In this document: positions 18,249-28,178 of the stretch, one piece after another
Position numbering within the stretch: position 1 is the stretch's first letter
Layout: every line of letters starts with the position of its first letter
Assembly (NCBI GenBank): GCA_045632265.1
Contig: JAZQWG010000003.1
Coordinates: 2,511-66,510, forward strand
DNA from: Candidatus Scatosoma sp.
GTDB lineage: Bacteria > Bacillota > Clostridia > Christensenellales > Borkfalkiaceae
Direction of reading: 5' to 3'
DNA: 64,000 bases
Program-made: the position numbers and the translations under genes
Notes under the pieces: model-generated
Seen by the model: only the letters and a program-made list of their open reading frames with translations
Told to the model about the DNA's origin: nothing
Database searches by the model: none

Positions 18249-19248
18249 CGGTTTGCACCTCCAAAGCCGTATTTTGCGCCGTTTCTACGCTTTCAACGTC
18301 CGTTGATTGCGTATCTACCCCCTCCGTTTTCGGTTTTACCATGCCAAGCAAGTTAATTCCTTCCGATTGAATAGGCATATCCGTATCGTTCTTTTTCACA
18401 AACAATTTTGCGCCCTTCCAGCTAATTGCTTTCGTGGGGCAAACGGAGATACATTTGCCGCATTGAATACATTCGTGGTCGCCCACCGTCTTGATATCCA
18501 TCGGGCATACGCCTTGGCAAAGTCCGCAATCGGTACATTTCGTCTTATCAAGTTTTACACCCAAAAGCGCAATTTTATTGAAGAAGCCGTACAATGCGCC
18601 AAGCGGGCAAAGGAAACGGCAGAATGTTCTATAACAGAAGATAGAAAGCACCACAATGATGATAAGCATCATAAACTTCCACGTAAAGAAGGGGCCAAGC
18701 GTAGCAAGCCAGCCCTCGTTCGTAGGGAAGGATAACAAGCCCGCCATCGTGCCTGCGGGGCAAATATATTCGCAAAAACCGGGTACGGTGAACATCAAAG
18801 GCACAATCACTACAAGCGCAACCAAAATGAAATATTTCACAAAGGAAAGCGCACGAGTGATTTTGCTCTTCTTAATCTTGGGCGTTTTAATCTTATACAG
18901 CAAGTCTTGTCCAAGACCTACGGGGCAAAGCCAACCGCAAATCGTTCTGCCAAGCATCAAAGCAAAAAGTGCCAAAATACCGATGACGTACGTGGGCGTT
19001 CTTACGTTGGACGCCGACAAAGCGTTTTGCAATGAGCCAAGCGGACAAGCACCGATTGCGCCGGGGCAAGAATAGCAGTTAAGCCCGGGCATACACAATT
19101 TTTTGCTGTTGCCTTGGTACATTTTGCCCGTGATAAAGCCCTTCACGTATGCGTTATGTAATAATGCTGCGTATAACTGGATAATTCTACGCTTGCTGGG
19201 CAAATGGTTGACTATCCAAGTTTTCACTTTACTAAAAAATTTCTTCAT
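18235..19248 (-). CDS. Polytopic membrane polyferredoxin (NapH/COG0348-like 4Fe-4S protein)
   Basis: 337 aa. It contains CYSCPGAIGACP and the repeated CxxxCP-type motifs CGWLCP, CEYICP and CRFLCP. It has two ferredoxin motifs, CTDCGLCQGVCP and CIQCGKCISVCP. Confidence 0.75.
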   Translation of the reverse strand: MKKFFSKVKTWIVNHLPSKRRIIQLYAALLHNAYVKGFITGKMYQGNSKKLCMPGLNCYSCPGAIGACPLGSLQNALSASNVRTPTYVIGILALFALMLGRTICGWLCPVGLGQDLLYKIKTPKIKKSKITRALSFVKYFILVALVVIVPLMFTVPGFCEYICPAGTMAGLLSFPTNEGWLATLGPFFTWKFMMLIIIVVLSIFCYRTFCRFLCPLGALYGFFNKIALLGVKLDKTKCTDCGLCQGVCPMDIKTVGDHECIQCGKCISVCPTKAISWKGAKLFVKKNDTDMPIQSEGINLLGMVKPKTEGVDTQSTDVESVETAQNTALEVQTDEEA

Positions 19249-19252
19249 TGGC

Positions 19253-20071
19253 TCAACCTATCCCTATACATTGTTTACAAATGTTTACGCCCTTTTCAAG
19301 CACGGCAAGCACACCACCGTTGTAAATGCCTACAATTACGAACACTACGCCTACAACCGCAATCGCAACTCTTATTCCAAGCACAAACCATTTATTGTGT
19401 ACAAACGCAAATTTCTTTGCAAGCACGCTTTTAAGCGTGGTTTTTTCTTCTTTATTCGCTACCTTTACGCCCTTTCTCGCATTTTCAGCGATTTCCGTCT
19501 TTGCAAGCACAATTTCTTTTTTGTACGCGCCTTGCGTGAAATAGCCCGTGCCGATCATCAAGGCAACCGCCGCCAACGTCCAAAGCAGCGCACGGATAAT
19601 GCGTTCCGCTTCTTCGTGTTCGTGTAAAAATCCACTCTTTGCCGCAAGTTTCACGTCCGCAATCATGTACACAAGTGAAACGACCACGCAAGCAAGCACG
19701 ACGATAGCGCAAGCAAGGGAAGCCACCAAGCGTTGTTTTTGATACTTTTCACGTTCTTTCGAGTTTGCGGGCAAACGCTTGTTCAAACGTTCAAGCGTGC
19801 ATTTGACGTCAACGTATGCCGTCGTTTTTGCCTTGGGCGCAGGATAAATGCAAGCAAGTACGCCTGCAGCCACAACCGCCGCCAACCAAATGTAAACGGG
19901 CACGGCGATTTGGCGGAAATGTTGGGCAATACGTTCTACCGTGTACGCCCTATCCCCGTGTGAAAAGATACGCCATGCTTGTATGATAAACACCAAGCCG
20001 ACAACCACCGTCCAAACGGCGATAAATATGCCAAAGCCCTTGCGTAAATTGTTTTTCGCCTTATCCGTCAT
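19253..20071 (-). CDS. Membrane protein of unknown function (first gene of the redox operon)
   Basis: ATG 20071 has GAGGTG upstream, whereas the track start at 20098 is a TTG. It has about 6 hydrophobic helices. Only 4 nt separate it from the polyferredoxin gene. Confidence 0.6.
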   Translation of the reverse strand: MTDKAKNNLRKGFGIFIAVWTVVVGLVFIIQAWRIFSHGDRAYTVERIAQHFRQIAVPVYIWLAAVVAAGVLACIYPAPKAKTTAYVDVKCTLERLNKRLPANSKEREKYQKQRLVASLACAIVVLACVVVSLVYMIADVKLAAKSGFLHEHEEAERIIRALLWTLAAVALMIGTGYFTQGAYKKEIVLAKTEIAENARKGVKVANKEEKTTLKSVLAKKFAFVHNKWFVLGIRVAIAVVGVVFVIVGIYNGGVLAVLEKGVNICKQCIGIG

Positions 20072-20351
20072 AAGCACCTCTTTGCTTTTACTGCTCAATT
20101 TTTTGCGCAGATATAATTATTATATACTATCCGCCCTTTTCTGTCAAGCAATTACGAAAAGCGGAGCAAGCTTTTTCCGTAGGAAAATATAATAAAAACG
20201 CCGATTTTTCCTAAAAATTTCTTGTGTTTTTTTTCAATATATAGTATAATAGTGTTGTATTGTTAAATGGGGTATTGCGCAGCTGTAATCAAAAAGCGCA
20301 AAATCCCGCAAAAAGAATTAACCCTTTTTATAAGGGCTTTACGGAGTATAT

Positions 20352-23300
20352 ATGAGAAAAACTATTCTTGCGTTATTACTGGCTTTTTCCGCAACGCTTG
20401 CATTTGCGGCAATCGGTTGCGATAAGGGCCCCGATAACACACCCACCGAAAACGTCGGTGGCGGCACGGACAACGGAGCAGGCAACACCGACAGCGCAAA
20501 TCAATGCACTGTCACGTTCACTTCGGGCGAAGGTTATAAAGTTGTTGGCAACAATATCTCGTTTGACCAAAACGACAACTGCTATAAAGCGAGCGTAAAA
20601 GAAAACGGCACGCTTAAATTCTCGGTGGAATTAGGCGCTTTCTATTCGGGCACCCCTATCGTCACCGTGAACAACGTTGCGCTTTCCGACACCAACGGCG
20701 AATACAGCATGATTATCACGCGCGATATCGATATTTCTATTACGGGCGTGAAAAAGGCAAGATCGGCGATGGTTGGTTCGGGTACGTTTGAAGATGCGTA
20801 CGTTGTGTCCGAGCCTATTGATTTGGTGCATATCGCTGAACAAGTAAATGCGGGCAACCAAAAATATGCAAAGGCGTATTACGTACTCGCAAACGACATC
20901 GATTTCAAAGGCGAAGAAATCACCCCTATCGGGACGACGGAAAACCCCTTCAGCGGTTGTTTTAGCTGTCTTACCAACTCGGAAACGGGTGCAATGGAAA
21001 GATTTGCAATTTCCAACTTCAAAATCAATGCGGACGATAAAAACTACGTAGGGCTTTTCGGCTGCGTGCAAGTAGATTTGTCCGTGACGAGCAGCGGCTT
21101 GTTCTACGGCGTGCGTATCGACAACTTTGAAATCAACGCGGCTACGGCAAAGCTTGGCAAGGGCAACCGTAATATCTACTGCGGCGGCTTAATCGGCTAC
21201 GGGCTTGGTACGCGTATGTATCTTTGCGATGCAACGAACGGCACGATTAACATCACTGCCGACCCTTCCGAATTCTCCTTCGTAGGCGGTTTGGTAGGCG
21301 TTCAACAAAGCTATTACATGGCGGAATACGATCAATACTTCACAGCGGAAACGGCGTATGCAACCGTTGACGTGGACGTAAACGTCGTAAGCGGTACTAC
21401 CCTTTATGCGGGCGGTATTGCCGGTTATTTGTACACCAACTCCTTTGCTTGCCCTTCCTATATCCACAACTCCTACGCAACGGGCAACGTTAGCGGTGCA
21501 ATCCGTACGGGCGGCATCGTCGGCGGACTTGGTCAATACACCTCCGTTGCAACTTGCTATTCGTCGGGCAACGTGACGGCGGACGTTAAACTCACATCCA
21601 AAGTTGAAGGCTATTCCGCTGAACATTGTATCGCGTATGCGGGCGGTATTGCTGGCTACGGCGAAAACGACACGATTGTAAACGACTGTTTCGCTGTTGG
21701 TACGATTACGGCAAAAGCAGTTGACGGCGTAGATGCACAAAAGACGGGACACGCTATCGCGGGCGGCGATGAAGACGGCAAGATGTCCGCTGCGGCAAGA
21801 AAGTACGTTGTGCGCGATTGCCTTGGCAGCATAGATAAAGCCACGATGAAAGAAACGCTTGCGGAAATCGGTTGGCACGAATATAACTGGGTTTTCCCCG
21901 TAAATGGTTATCCCACCATCAATTATGAAGCAAGCGGCGACAGCGTTTCTATTAAGACGACGGTTGAATTTATTAACAAGGACGGCGAACCTGTAAGAAC
22001 GGGCGGCGCAACGAGCACCAGCTATTCTTATACGGACATGTACGCACCTATTGCGAGCGCGTTTGTTGACGGTTTCTTGTCTATGTACGAAACGGCGGAC
22101 GATAGAAGAAACCTTTCGTTTGGCTACTTCTTCGATGCGGCATGCACACAACCCGTTCCCTATTCTTACATCTCCACTCGCAACTCTACGTTGTACATGG
22201 GCTTCACCGACCCTGCGGAAATCCTTGGCGAATATGCTTTCGCCGTGAAGAACTCTGCAAACAAGATTTATATTACCTTGAAAGCGGACGGCACGGTAGT
22301 TTACACGGACGGCGACAACGTACAAACGACAACCTATCAATACGACGGCGAAACGTTGGTTATTGAAGCGGCAAGACTTGCAAGATATTTCACGGGCGCA
22401 GTTAAGAAAGACCAAAGCATAAACGAAGACACGAACTTCGATGCAAACCGTTATGAAAAATATTATTTCAAAGGCGTAATCACCGAAGCGGGCTTGGAAC
22501 TTTACGACGGCACGTATTTCACGAAAGATGCTCCTTTGGTTGCTTACGCCCCCACCGAATTTACCAAACTCGGTTCGTACTACGTAAACGATAACGATAG
22601 AATTTACGAATACGTATTCCTTCCCGACGGAACGGGCACGAAAGACGGACGTAAGTTTACCTACACCTATGAAAACGGCGTAATCACGATTGACGGCAGA
22701 ACGACGCTTAACGAAAGCGATTTGTTGGAATACTGCGCTTTGAAAGGCACGTGGAACAACTCTGCGTTCGTCAACAGCGTATTCTATTTCGACGGCATCG
22801 ACACGTGGAAACAATACACCACCGTTTATAAGCGCAATATGCAAACGGGCAGCGTATCCGCAACCCCCGAAAACCTTATCGACGGCACCTTCTCCACCAC
22901 CGACGGCATTACGTACGTATTGAAGACCAAGAACGGCGACGATTATGCAAGCGTACAATTCGACGAATTTGGCTTCTTGAAAGTGACCTATGCAAACGGC
23001 GACAACGAGAAATTCTCCGTTGAACACTCGCTTGTAGGCAAATGGAGTGGCAGCGGCGTTGAAATGCAACTCTTTGGTGTAAACGAAAACGGCGTTGGCG
23101 AAGCGGTTGTAAACTTCACCCGTCTTAACATTTCGTACGACTTGACGTATGCAATCAGCGAAACGGTTGCACCTTACACCTACCTTTGCTTGTATTATGA
23201 AGGCAGCCTTTTCGGCTACTTCGCATTCGACGAATTCTCGAACGCATTGCAAGCAACGATGTTCGACCCTTCGAGCATGGAAGGCGGCTACACCACCTTT

Positions 23301-24983
23301 GCCCTTCGTTTGGTGAGCGAACTTGACGACGCTTGGATTAGCAACGATGCAACGTTTGACGGCATTACCTTCAACGGCACGGGCTACTTTGACAACAACG
23401 GCGACTGGACGAGCACGGTTATCGTAAACGGCACGTCCACGCAATACGTACTCTATAGCGGCGGCTTGGACGGCTACTTCAACTACAACGGACAACGCTA
23501 TTCGTTGCACTACGATTATATCAACAAGGTTGTCACCGTCAACGACAACACGGTGCTTGAACGCAAAGACGTGCTTGCTGATACGGCGTTTGTGTCTATC
23601 GACAGCGCAAACAAGATTTCCTCCTTCAAGTTTGACGGCAAGAGCGCACTTGACGACGGCGGCAAGATGACGGCAACGATTGCAGGTGAATCGGCTGTTG
23701 AATACGTTTACAAATATAGCAGCGACAACGAATATATTGTGTATAGCGGCAACACTCAAGTAGGCACGATTGTACGCAACGACAGCAAAGCTTGCTACGA
23801 CATCACCTTGAACGGCACGCTCTACACCACGTATATCAGCAACGAATTTATCGGCAGCTGGGCAATGAGTGGTCAATTCAAAAACGATGCGTTCGTCATC
23901 GGCGCAACCGACTTGAACGGCGACATCCACGCAACCTTCCAAGGCGAAAGCGTGTTGATTAAGAAGATTGACACCGATTACTACTACTTCTCTTGCGTAC
24001 TTGATTACATGCCCGTCACCTATTACGTATTTGCGTTGTACACCTACAACGATGCAGGTGAAAAGATTGCATTTGATAGCTTCGCTATCTCCGAATACGC
24101 AAACCTTGCAAACAGCGAATATATCCTTTGCTCGCGCATGGACGCAATGCAAGGCACGTGGGTACAAAACGACAATCCAAGCTTCAGTATCTCGTTCGAC
24201 GGCGTACAAAGCTCTTACAGCAACGGTACGGCAACCCTTTCGTATAAGAACTACGCAACCTATTATTCCTATCGTATCTATACGGATGCAAACGGCAACG
24301 TGACGTCGGTTATGCTCTGGTCGCAAGAAACCTATTCAAATAGCACCTTGTATTACAAGCTTACCCCTTGTGAAACGACAAAAGCAGGTGCGTACGTGCT
24401 TGGCGATAAAGCGTTCTGGAGAGAAGAAGTCGATTCGTTGTACATGATGTCGGCAAAAGGTTTGAACGGTTATACGTACGTATTCGACGGCGGCAACCTT
24501 AACAACGACACGTGGGGTACGATTACCGCAACCCATCCCAACGCTTCGTCTTTTGAATTGAAATACGATATCATATCCTTCAACACCAACAGCACGGCAA
24601 CCATTTCCGTAAAAGATAGCGATAACAACGTTAGATTGTATATCCTTGACTACTCCGATTCTTCCAACGTAATGCTTTACGATAGTTTGCATGGCGTAAT
24701 CGCAACGCTTGAAGACGGATACACCTACACCTTCAACGGCGGCAACCTTAACGACGACACGTTGGGTATTATCACCGCAAAGAAGGCGGGTGCAACGGAT
24801 AGAGTTTTGAAATACAACATCGTTTCCGTTTCCGAAACGGAAGTAAACGGCGTAGAAGTGAAAACGGCTATCGTCACCGTAACCGAAGAAGTGAACGGCA
24901 CCACCGTCACCTACACGGCAACGGTTGATTATAGCGATAGCAAAGAAGTTGTGCTCACGTTTGAAATCGTTGAAAACAACTGA
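20352..24983 (+). CDS. Giant surface lipoprotein with GLUG-motif repeats
   Basis: 1543 aa with lipobox AIGC. It carries the repeats YVGLFGCV, YCGGLIGYG, FVGGLVGV, YAGGIAGY and RTGGIVGG, which are GLUG-like. The last roughly 170 aa form two tandem homologous domains (YTYVFDGGNLNNDTWG and YTYTFNGGNLNDDTLG). Confidence 0.75.
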   Translation: MRKTILALLLAFSATLAFAAIGCDKGPDNTPTENVGGGTDNGAGNTDSANQCTVTFTSGEGYKVVGNNISFDQNDNCYKASVKENGTLKFSVELGAFYSGTPIVTVNNVALSDTNGEYSMIITRDIDISITGVKKARSAMVGSGTFEDAYVVSEPIDLVHIAEQVNAGNQKYAKAYYVLANDIDFKGEEITPIGTTENPFSGCFSCLTNSETGAMERFAISNFKINADDKNYVGLFGCVQVDLSVTSSGLFYGVRIDNFEINAATAKLGKGNRNIYCGGLIGYGLGTRMYLCDATNGTINITADPSEFSFVGGLVGVQQSYYMAEYDQYFTAETAYATVDVDVNVVSGTTLYAGGIAGYLYTNSFACPSYIHNSYATGNVSGAIRTGGIVGGLGQYTSVATCYSSGNVTADVKLTSKVEGYSAEHCIAYAGGIAGYGENDTIVNDCFAVGTITAKAVDGVDAQKTGHAIAGGDEDGKMSAAARKYVVRDCLGSIDKATMKETLAEIGWHEYNWVFPVNGYPTINYEASGDSVSIKTTVEFINKDGEPVRTGGATSTSYSYTDMYAPIASAFVDGFLSMYETADDRRNLSFGYFFDAACTQPVPYSYISTRNSTLYMGFTDPAEILGEYAFAVKNSANKIYITLKADGTVVYTDGDNVQTTTYQYDGETLVIEAARLARYFTGAVKKDQSINEDTNFDANRYEKYYFKGVITEAGLELYDGTYFTKDAPLVAYAPTEFTKLGSYYVNDNDRIYEYVFLPDGTGTKDGRKFTYTYENGVITIDGRTTLNESDLLEYCALKGTWNNSAFVNSVFYFDGIDTWKQYTTVYKRNMQTGSVSATPENLIDGTFSTTDGITYVLKTKNGDDYASVQFDEFGFLKVTYANGDNEKFSVEHSLVGKWSGSGVEMQLFGVNENGVGEAVVNFTRLNISYDLTYAISETVAPYTYLCLYYEGSLFGYFAFDEFSNALQATMFDPSSMEGGYTTFALRLVSELDDAWISNDATFDGITFNGTGYFDNNGDWTSTVIVNGTSTQYVLYSGGLDGYFNYNGQRYSLHYDYINKVVTVNDNTVLERKDVLADTAFVSIDSANKISSFKFDGKSALDDGGKMTATIAGESAVEYVYKYSSDNEYIVYSGNTQVGTIVRNDSKACYDITLNGTLYTTYISNEFIGSWAMSGQFKNDAFVIGATDLNGDIHATFQGESVLIKKIDTDYYYFSCVLDYMPVTYYVFALYTYNDAGEKIAFDSFAISEYANLANSEYILCSRMDAMQGTWVQNDNPSFSISFDGVQSSYSNGTATLSYKNYATYYSYRIYTDANGNVTSVMLWSQETYSNSTLYYKLTPCETTKAGAYVLGDKAFWREEVDSLYMMSAKGLNGYTYVFDGGNLNNDTWGTITATHPNASSFELKYDIISFNTNSTATISVKDSDNNVRLYILDYSDSSNVMLYDSLHGVIATLEDGYTYTFNGGNLNDDTLGIITAKKAGATDRVLKYNIVSVSETEVNGVEVKTAIVTVTEEVNGTTVTYTATVDYSDSKEVVLTFEIVENN

Positions 24984-25000
24984 TAATTAAGCACTAACAA

Positions 25001-25037
25001 CCCGCCGCAAGCGCAATGCTTGCGGCGGGTTTCTTTT
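25001..25037 (+). terminator. Rho-independent terminator
   Basis: 12-bp stem CCCGCCGCAAGC/GCTTGCGGCGGG followed by a T-rich tail. Confidence 0.8.
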
Positions 25038-25213
25038 GCCCTATTTCCCCGTATTTTAGCCCTTTTTTGCGATGTTTATTACGGTTTCATGTTGTTTATA
25101 TGGTTTGCGGTTTATCGGCTGTTTATCGTGCGTTTACACAGCAATTCTACCACACCTTTTCACTATTCACTTTTCACTTTTCCTTTTACTTATTACTTTC
25201 TCAAGCCTATGTG

Positions 25214-25250
25214 AAAATAAAACCGCCGAGCGATTTTATTCGCTCGGCGG
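25214..25250 (-). terminator. Rho-independent terminator of the ABC/lipoprotein operon
   Basis: 11-bp stem CCGCCGAGCGA/TCGCTCGGCGG, with a U-run on the minus strand. Confidence 0.75.
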
Positions 25251-25292
25251 AAAACTTTATTTGCGTTTATTTGGTTTTGTTTGTTCGCTTAA

Positions 25293-27683
25293 TTAGCCAC
25301 GAATTTGGGGATACAAATCGTATACTTCAACCCAACCAAGCATCATCGCTGCAGGGTCGGTTACGCCCAACGCTGCGTTGGAGAAGCCATAGTAGCCTTG
25401 CCACAAATTATATTGAGGCGCAAACATATACGTCGTGTTGAATTTAATCGTAGGTTGACCTTGAGGATCTACCGGCGTATTTTCGCCCGTCTTCCAGTCG
25501 GACGTGCTACCCGTACTCATAACAATCGCAATAAGGTTGATGTATTGAAGTCCGTTGATTTCTTTGATAACCGAGCACGTGTTTTGCGTTGCGCCTGCAA
25601 TACCAGGGTTGTTAGGGTCTCTAGGGTCACCAGTTTCAAGAACCGTCTTCAACATACCAGCCGTGTCAGCCATATCGAACGCCGTGAAGAACGCATCGTC
25701 ACCCGTGATATAGTTTTCAACTTTCGTGTCAGTCATGTTGATAATCGTTTCAATGTCCGTGTTAGCGTTAGGGCATTCGTCAATGTGGATAGCAGGACCG
25801 CTGTTATCGCCAAGGTACGAACCAGAAATGTTCATAACCGTCAAGTCCCAACCATAGAGGGACGAACCCCAGTTGTGCTTAATCTTAGAGTTTACCAACG
25901 TTAACGTTGCTGCGTACGTATTTGCTACTTCGTCGTGGTCACTTGCAACCAAAACGCCCGTCTTGGTGTTGGTGACGGTGGTGTTGTTCATCGTAAGTTG
26001 ACCGCCACGAAGAACGATACCGCAATATGCGCCTGCTTGTTCAAGCAATTCTCTATCACCGTATTTAACCGTGTAGCCAGCTTCTTTCGTGTAGTTACCC
26101 GAAACGTGCAAGTCGTTAATCGTAACTTCGCCGTTATTTCTATAACGTTTCAAATCGCCTGCGCCATGATCAATTACGTTAAAGTACAAGAACATACCGA
26201 TTTGTACGTTGGGGATATAGTATGCGGGGTTGGTTTCCGTCCAGTTCCAACCGCTATAGTCGTTGTTTACGTAAGGCAAGTTGCTGCCGTCTACCTTGAA
26301 GAAGTTGCCGTTTACCGTAATCTTATCTTCATCAGCAGCCACTACAAGACGCGTATATACGCCGTGGTCTCTATCGTTGATGGGATAGTTGGGATAGCCG
26401 GGCACCAAATCTTCGGGAGCTGCTTCCGCTTTGATGTTGCGAAGAACGTTGATTTCGTGTACGTCTTTATTTGCATAAGCCGTACGCAAGCCAGCGTTGT
26501 CGTAAACGTTTACACCTTCGTTAAGTTTTACGTTAACTTTCATCGATTGATTGGTAAGCGAATATTTAGGCGCATACGTAATTTCTACAACCGAGCCAGC
26601 CGCGATAGATTGACCAAACGTGAACGCGCCGTTTGCAAACGTATAATCGGTCGTTTCAACGCCGTCGTCTTTTACCGTGAATTGAATGTGTGCCGTATCC
26701 CAGCTCAATACTTGGTCGCTATCGTTAAGCATGTACATATCAGGAACGTAGTTGTTTCTACCAACGGACATCGTCGTGTTAGCAACCGTCTTGTTTGCGT
26801 CTTGGAAGTTTGCGCTTCTATCTGCGCCCACACCCCACGAAGCAATGTAATCAGCACCACCGTCAAACGATTCTACTTGGTCAACAACCTTTGCATCACG
26901 TTCGTAGGAAACTTCCGTGCCGTCAACTTCTTTCGTGATTTGAAGTTTGAAATCTTCCACAGCCTTGTTTGCTTTGAAAGACAAGCCGTTTTGTTCGATT
27001 GCGCTACCGCCACCTACGATACCAAGTTCGGTAAGCGTAGAGAAGTTGTACGTCATACCCGTTACGAATACGTACGTAAATTCGTCTTCAACGCTTGCAC
27101 GTTCTTTGAAATAAGAGCCTTCTTTCACGAAAAGTGCCGTGCTTGCATCTTCGTCAGCATCGCCGCTGATTTTATCCCAAACTGCCGTAAGGAAGCAACC
27201 GCTCGTCAATGCGTACGTGCCGCTTGCAGGGAATTCTGCCGTCGTGCCGTCTTCGTTTTCGATTTCCCAACCAACGAAGGTGTAGTTCGTCTTGCTGGGA
27301 ACGGGCAACGAGTACGTTTCGTTGTGTTTTACGAGTACGTATTTGTTTACGCCTTCTTCAAGCGAGCCGCCGTCAAGGTCCAAGGAAATACGAAGTTGTT
27401 TTGCTTCATATTTTGCATACAACGTCAAGTTTGCACTCAACACGCTCGGTTCATACTTTTGCGTGCATTCCGCATCCGTGTACCAACCAATGAAGGTATA
27501 ACCTTCTTTCGTAGGCGCCGCGGGCGTGGACAATTGACTGTCCTTATTCACTTCCATCGTGCTGTAAACTTCAGCACCGATTTGCAAGGTGACGGTGTAG
27601 GAATCGCCACCCTTTTCGCAACCCACAAAGTTGATACAACTTAATGCGAGTATGCTTGCCACTACACTCTTCAGTTTTTTCAT
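25293..27683 (-). CDS. Lipoprotein with InlB-B/Flg_new-type repeats and a probable right-handed beta-helix
   Basis: 796 aa with lipobox FVGC. It has two repeats of the type GYTFIGWYTD and NYTFVGWE. The C-terminal half has beta-helix-like periodicity (NNTTVTNTKTGVLV...). Confidence 0.7.
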   Translation of the reverse strand: MKKLKSVVASILALSCINFVGCEKGGDSYTVTLQIGAEVYSTMEVNKDSQLSTPAAPTKEGYTFIGWYTDAECTQKYEPSVLSANLTLYAKYEAKQLRISLDLDGGSLEEGVNKYVLVKHNETYSLPVPSKTNYTFVGWEIENEDGTTAEFPASGTYALTSGCFLTAVWDKISGDADEDASTALFVKEGSYFKERASVEDEFTYVFVTGMTYNFSTLTELGIVGGGSAIEQNGLSFKANKAVEDFKLQITKEVDGTEVSYERDAKVVDQVESFDGGADYIASWGVGADRSANFQDANKTVANTTMSVGRNNYVPDMYMLNDSDQVLSWDTAHIQFTVKDDGVETTDYTFANGAFTFGQSIAAGSVVEITYAPKYSLTNQSMKVNVKLNEGVNVYDNAGLRTAYANKDVHEINVLRNIKAEAAPEDLVPGYPNYPINDRDHGVYTRLVVAADEDKITVNGNFFKVDGSNLPYVNNDYSGWNWTETNPAYYIPNVQIGMFLYFNVIDHGAGDLKRYRNNGEVTINDLHVSGNYTKEAGYTVKYGDRELLEQAGAYCGIVLRGGQLTMNNTTVTNTKTGVLVASDHDEVANTYAATLTLVNSKIKHNWGSSLYGWDLTVMNISGSYLGDNSGPAIHIDECPNANTDIETIINMTDTKVENYITGDDAFFTAFDMADTAGMLKTVLETGDPRDPNNPGIAGATQNTCSVIKEINGLQYINLIAIVMSTGSTSDWKTGENTPVDPQGQPTIKFNTTYMFAPQYNLWQGYYGFSNAALGVTDPAAMMLGWVEVYDLYPQIRG

Positions 27684-27743
27684 ACTTTTTCTCCTTTTTT
27701 CTATAATTTCGCCGATATTCTCGACGTAATAGACTTAAATTGA

Positions 27744-28166
27744 TTAGATATCTACGTCCCCGCCCGACGTCTTTTGCAAGACGATACGGATAGAGTCCAC
27801 GATATTGCTTCCGTCCGTGGTGGAAATGATAATCGTCACGTCACCCGTCTTTTCATAAAAGGTGACTACGCCGTCTTCATCCACTTCCGCAAACTCGGGT
27901 TTGCTCGACGTGAAGCGTACTTCTTTGTTTGCCGCGTTGTCAGGACCGATCGTCCAGTACAACTGATATTCATTTTTCGAGCCTTTAAGTTCAAATTTCA
28001 ACGCTTTGCCGTCTTCAATCATCGTGCCGTCTTCGTACGTGAAATACAATTCGTTTACGGAAACGTTGTGCGTTGCGCTGAAAATTGCTTGTCCAAAGAA
28101 ACTGATTGCGAGCACGGCGAGGACACATTCGATTAAAATTACGATATATACGACTTTCTTATTCAT
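27744..28166 (-). CDS. Membrane-anchored Big_2 (bacterial Ig-like) domain protein
   Basis: 140 aa with an N-terminal TM helix. It contains VRFTSSKPEFAEVDEDGVVTFYEKTGDVTIIISTTDGS, which is Big_2-like. Confidence 0.65.
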   Translation of the reverse strand: MNKKVVYIVILIECVLAVLAISFFGQAIFSATHNVSVNELYFTYEDGTMIEDGKALKFELKGSKNEYQLYWTIGPDNAANKEVRFTSSKPEFAEVDEDGVVTFYEKTGDVTIIISTTDGSNIVDSIRIVLQKTSGGDVDI

Positions 28167-28178
28167 ATCCGCACCTCG

